Shown: one piece after another, positions 63,901-64,000 of the stretch
Position numbering within the stretch: position 1 is the first letter of the stretch
Layout of the letters: each line of letters begins with the position of its first letter
NCBI RefSeq assembly: GCF_024256425.1
Contig: NC_071110.1
Span: 2,316,274 to 2,380,273 of the forward strand
Direction of reading: 5' to 3'
Length of the DNA stretch: 64,000 bases
DNA from: Clarias gariepinus
Taxonomy: Eukaryota
Notes under the pieces: generated by a model
What the model was told of the DNA's origin: nothing
Seen by the model: the letters and a program-made list of their open reading frames with translations, nothing else
The model's database searches: none
Position numbers and translations under genes: made by a program

Positions 63901-64000
63901 GCCCAGTTTCTCAATAACGCACACTATTCGCGCGCTAAGAAGACTTTTAAGATATATCTTACGTTAAGTGATAACTTTTCTAAGTGTATTTCTTGAACTG

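Overview
This 64 kb window is eukaryotic and has the hallmarks of a teleost genome: (CA/TG)n microsatellites, DANA-like and tRNA-derived SINEs, Tc1, BEL/Pao, Gypsy, L2 and RTE elements. There are no prokaryotic features; genes are spliced and AT-rich. The main content is a tandem array of finTRIM-like (TRIM25-like, B30.2/SPRY-containing) genes, all on the minus strand and each built from five exons: exon 1 (RING plus two B-boxes, or B-boxes only), a 96-nt exon, a 234-nt exon, a 124-nt exon, and a large B30.2 exon. Four gene copies can be reconstructed. Gene A (1637-3749) lacks a RING, and its B30.2 exon lies just left of the window. Gene B (9114-13270) also lacks a RING and carries an in-frame TAA in exon 1. 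Gene C (35218-39770) is full length. Gene D (exons 53662-57445) is full length and has two alternative B30.2 exons, a degraded one at 52774-53290 and an intact one at 49705-50267. An orphan RING-exon remnant sits at 32200-32470. The intergenic and intronic space is a mosaic of transposable elements. A roughly 330 bp palindromic MITE sits in the last intron of genes A and B. A Tc1-like remnant carries a nested, fairly young BEL/Pao LTR retrotransposon at 14203-20878. A Gypsy chromovirus internal region lies at 40503-44770. Two near-identical L2-like LINE fragments are arranged head-to-head (22175-25570), with further L2-like pieces elsewhere. An RTE/I-like LINE lies at 60540-63620. A 31-bp-unit minisatellite spans 25900-27160. 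A CpG-rich, TATA-containing region at 27390-30290 is flanked by long imperfect inverted repeats. The most notable signals are a tract of about 290 bp (the intron between the 124-nt and 234-nt exons plus the adjoining exon edges) that is about 99% identical in all four paralogs while the neighbouring coding sequence differs by about 10%; an ISRE/IRF-type GAAA motif 60-90 bp upstream of every start codon; and evidence of B30.2 exon shuffling. All coordinates were derived by eye from the sequence, and exon boundaries rest on GT/AG placement and reading-frame continuity.
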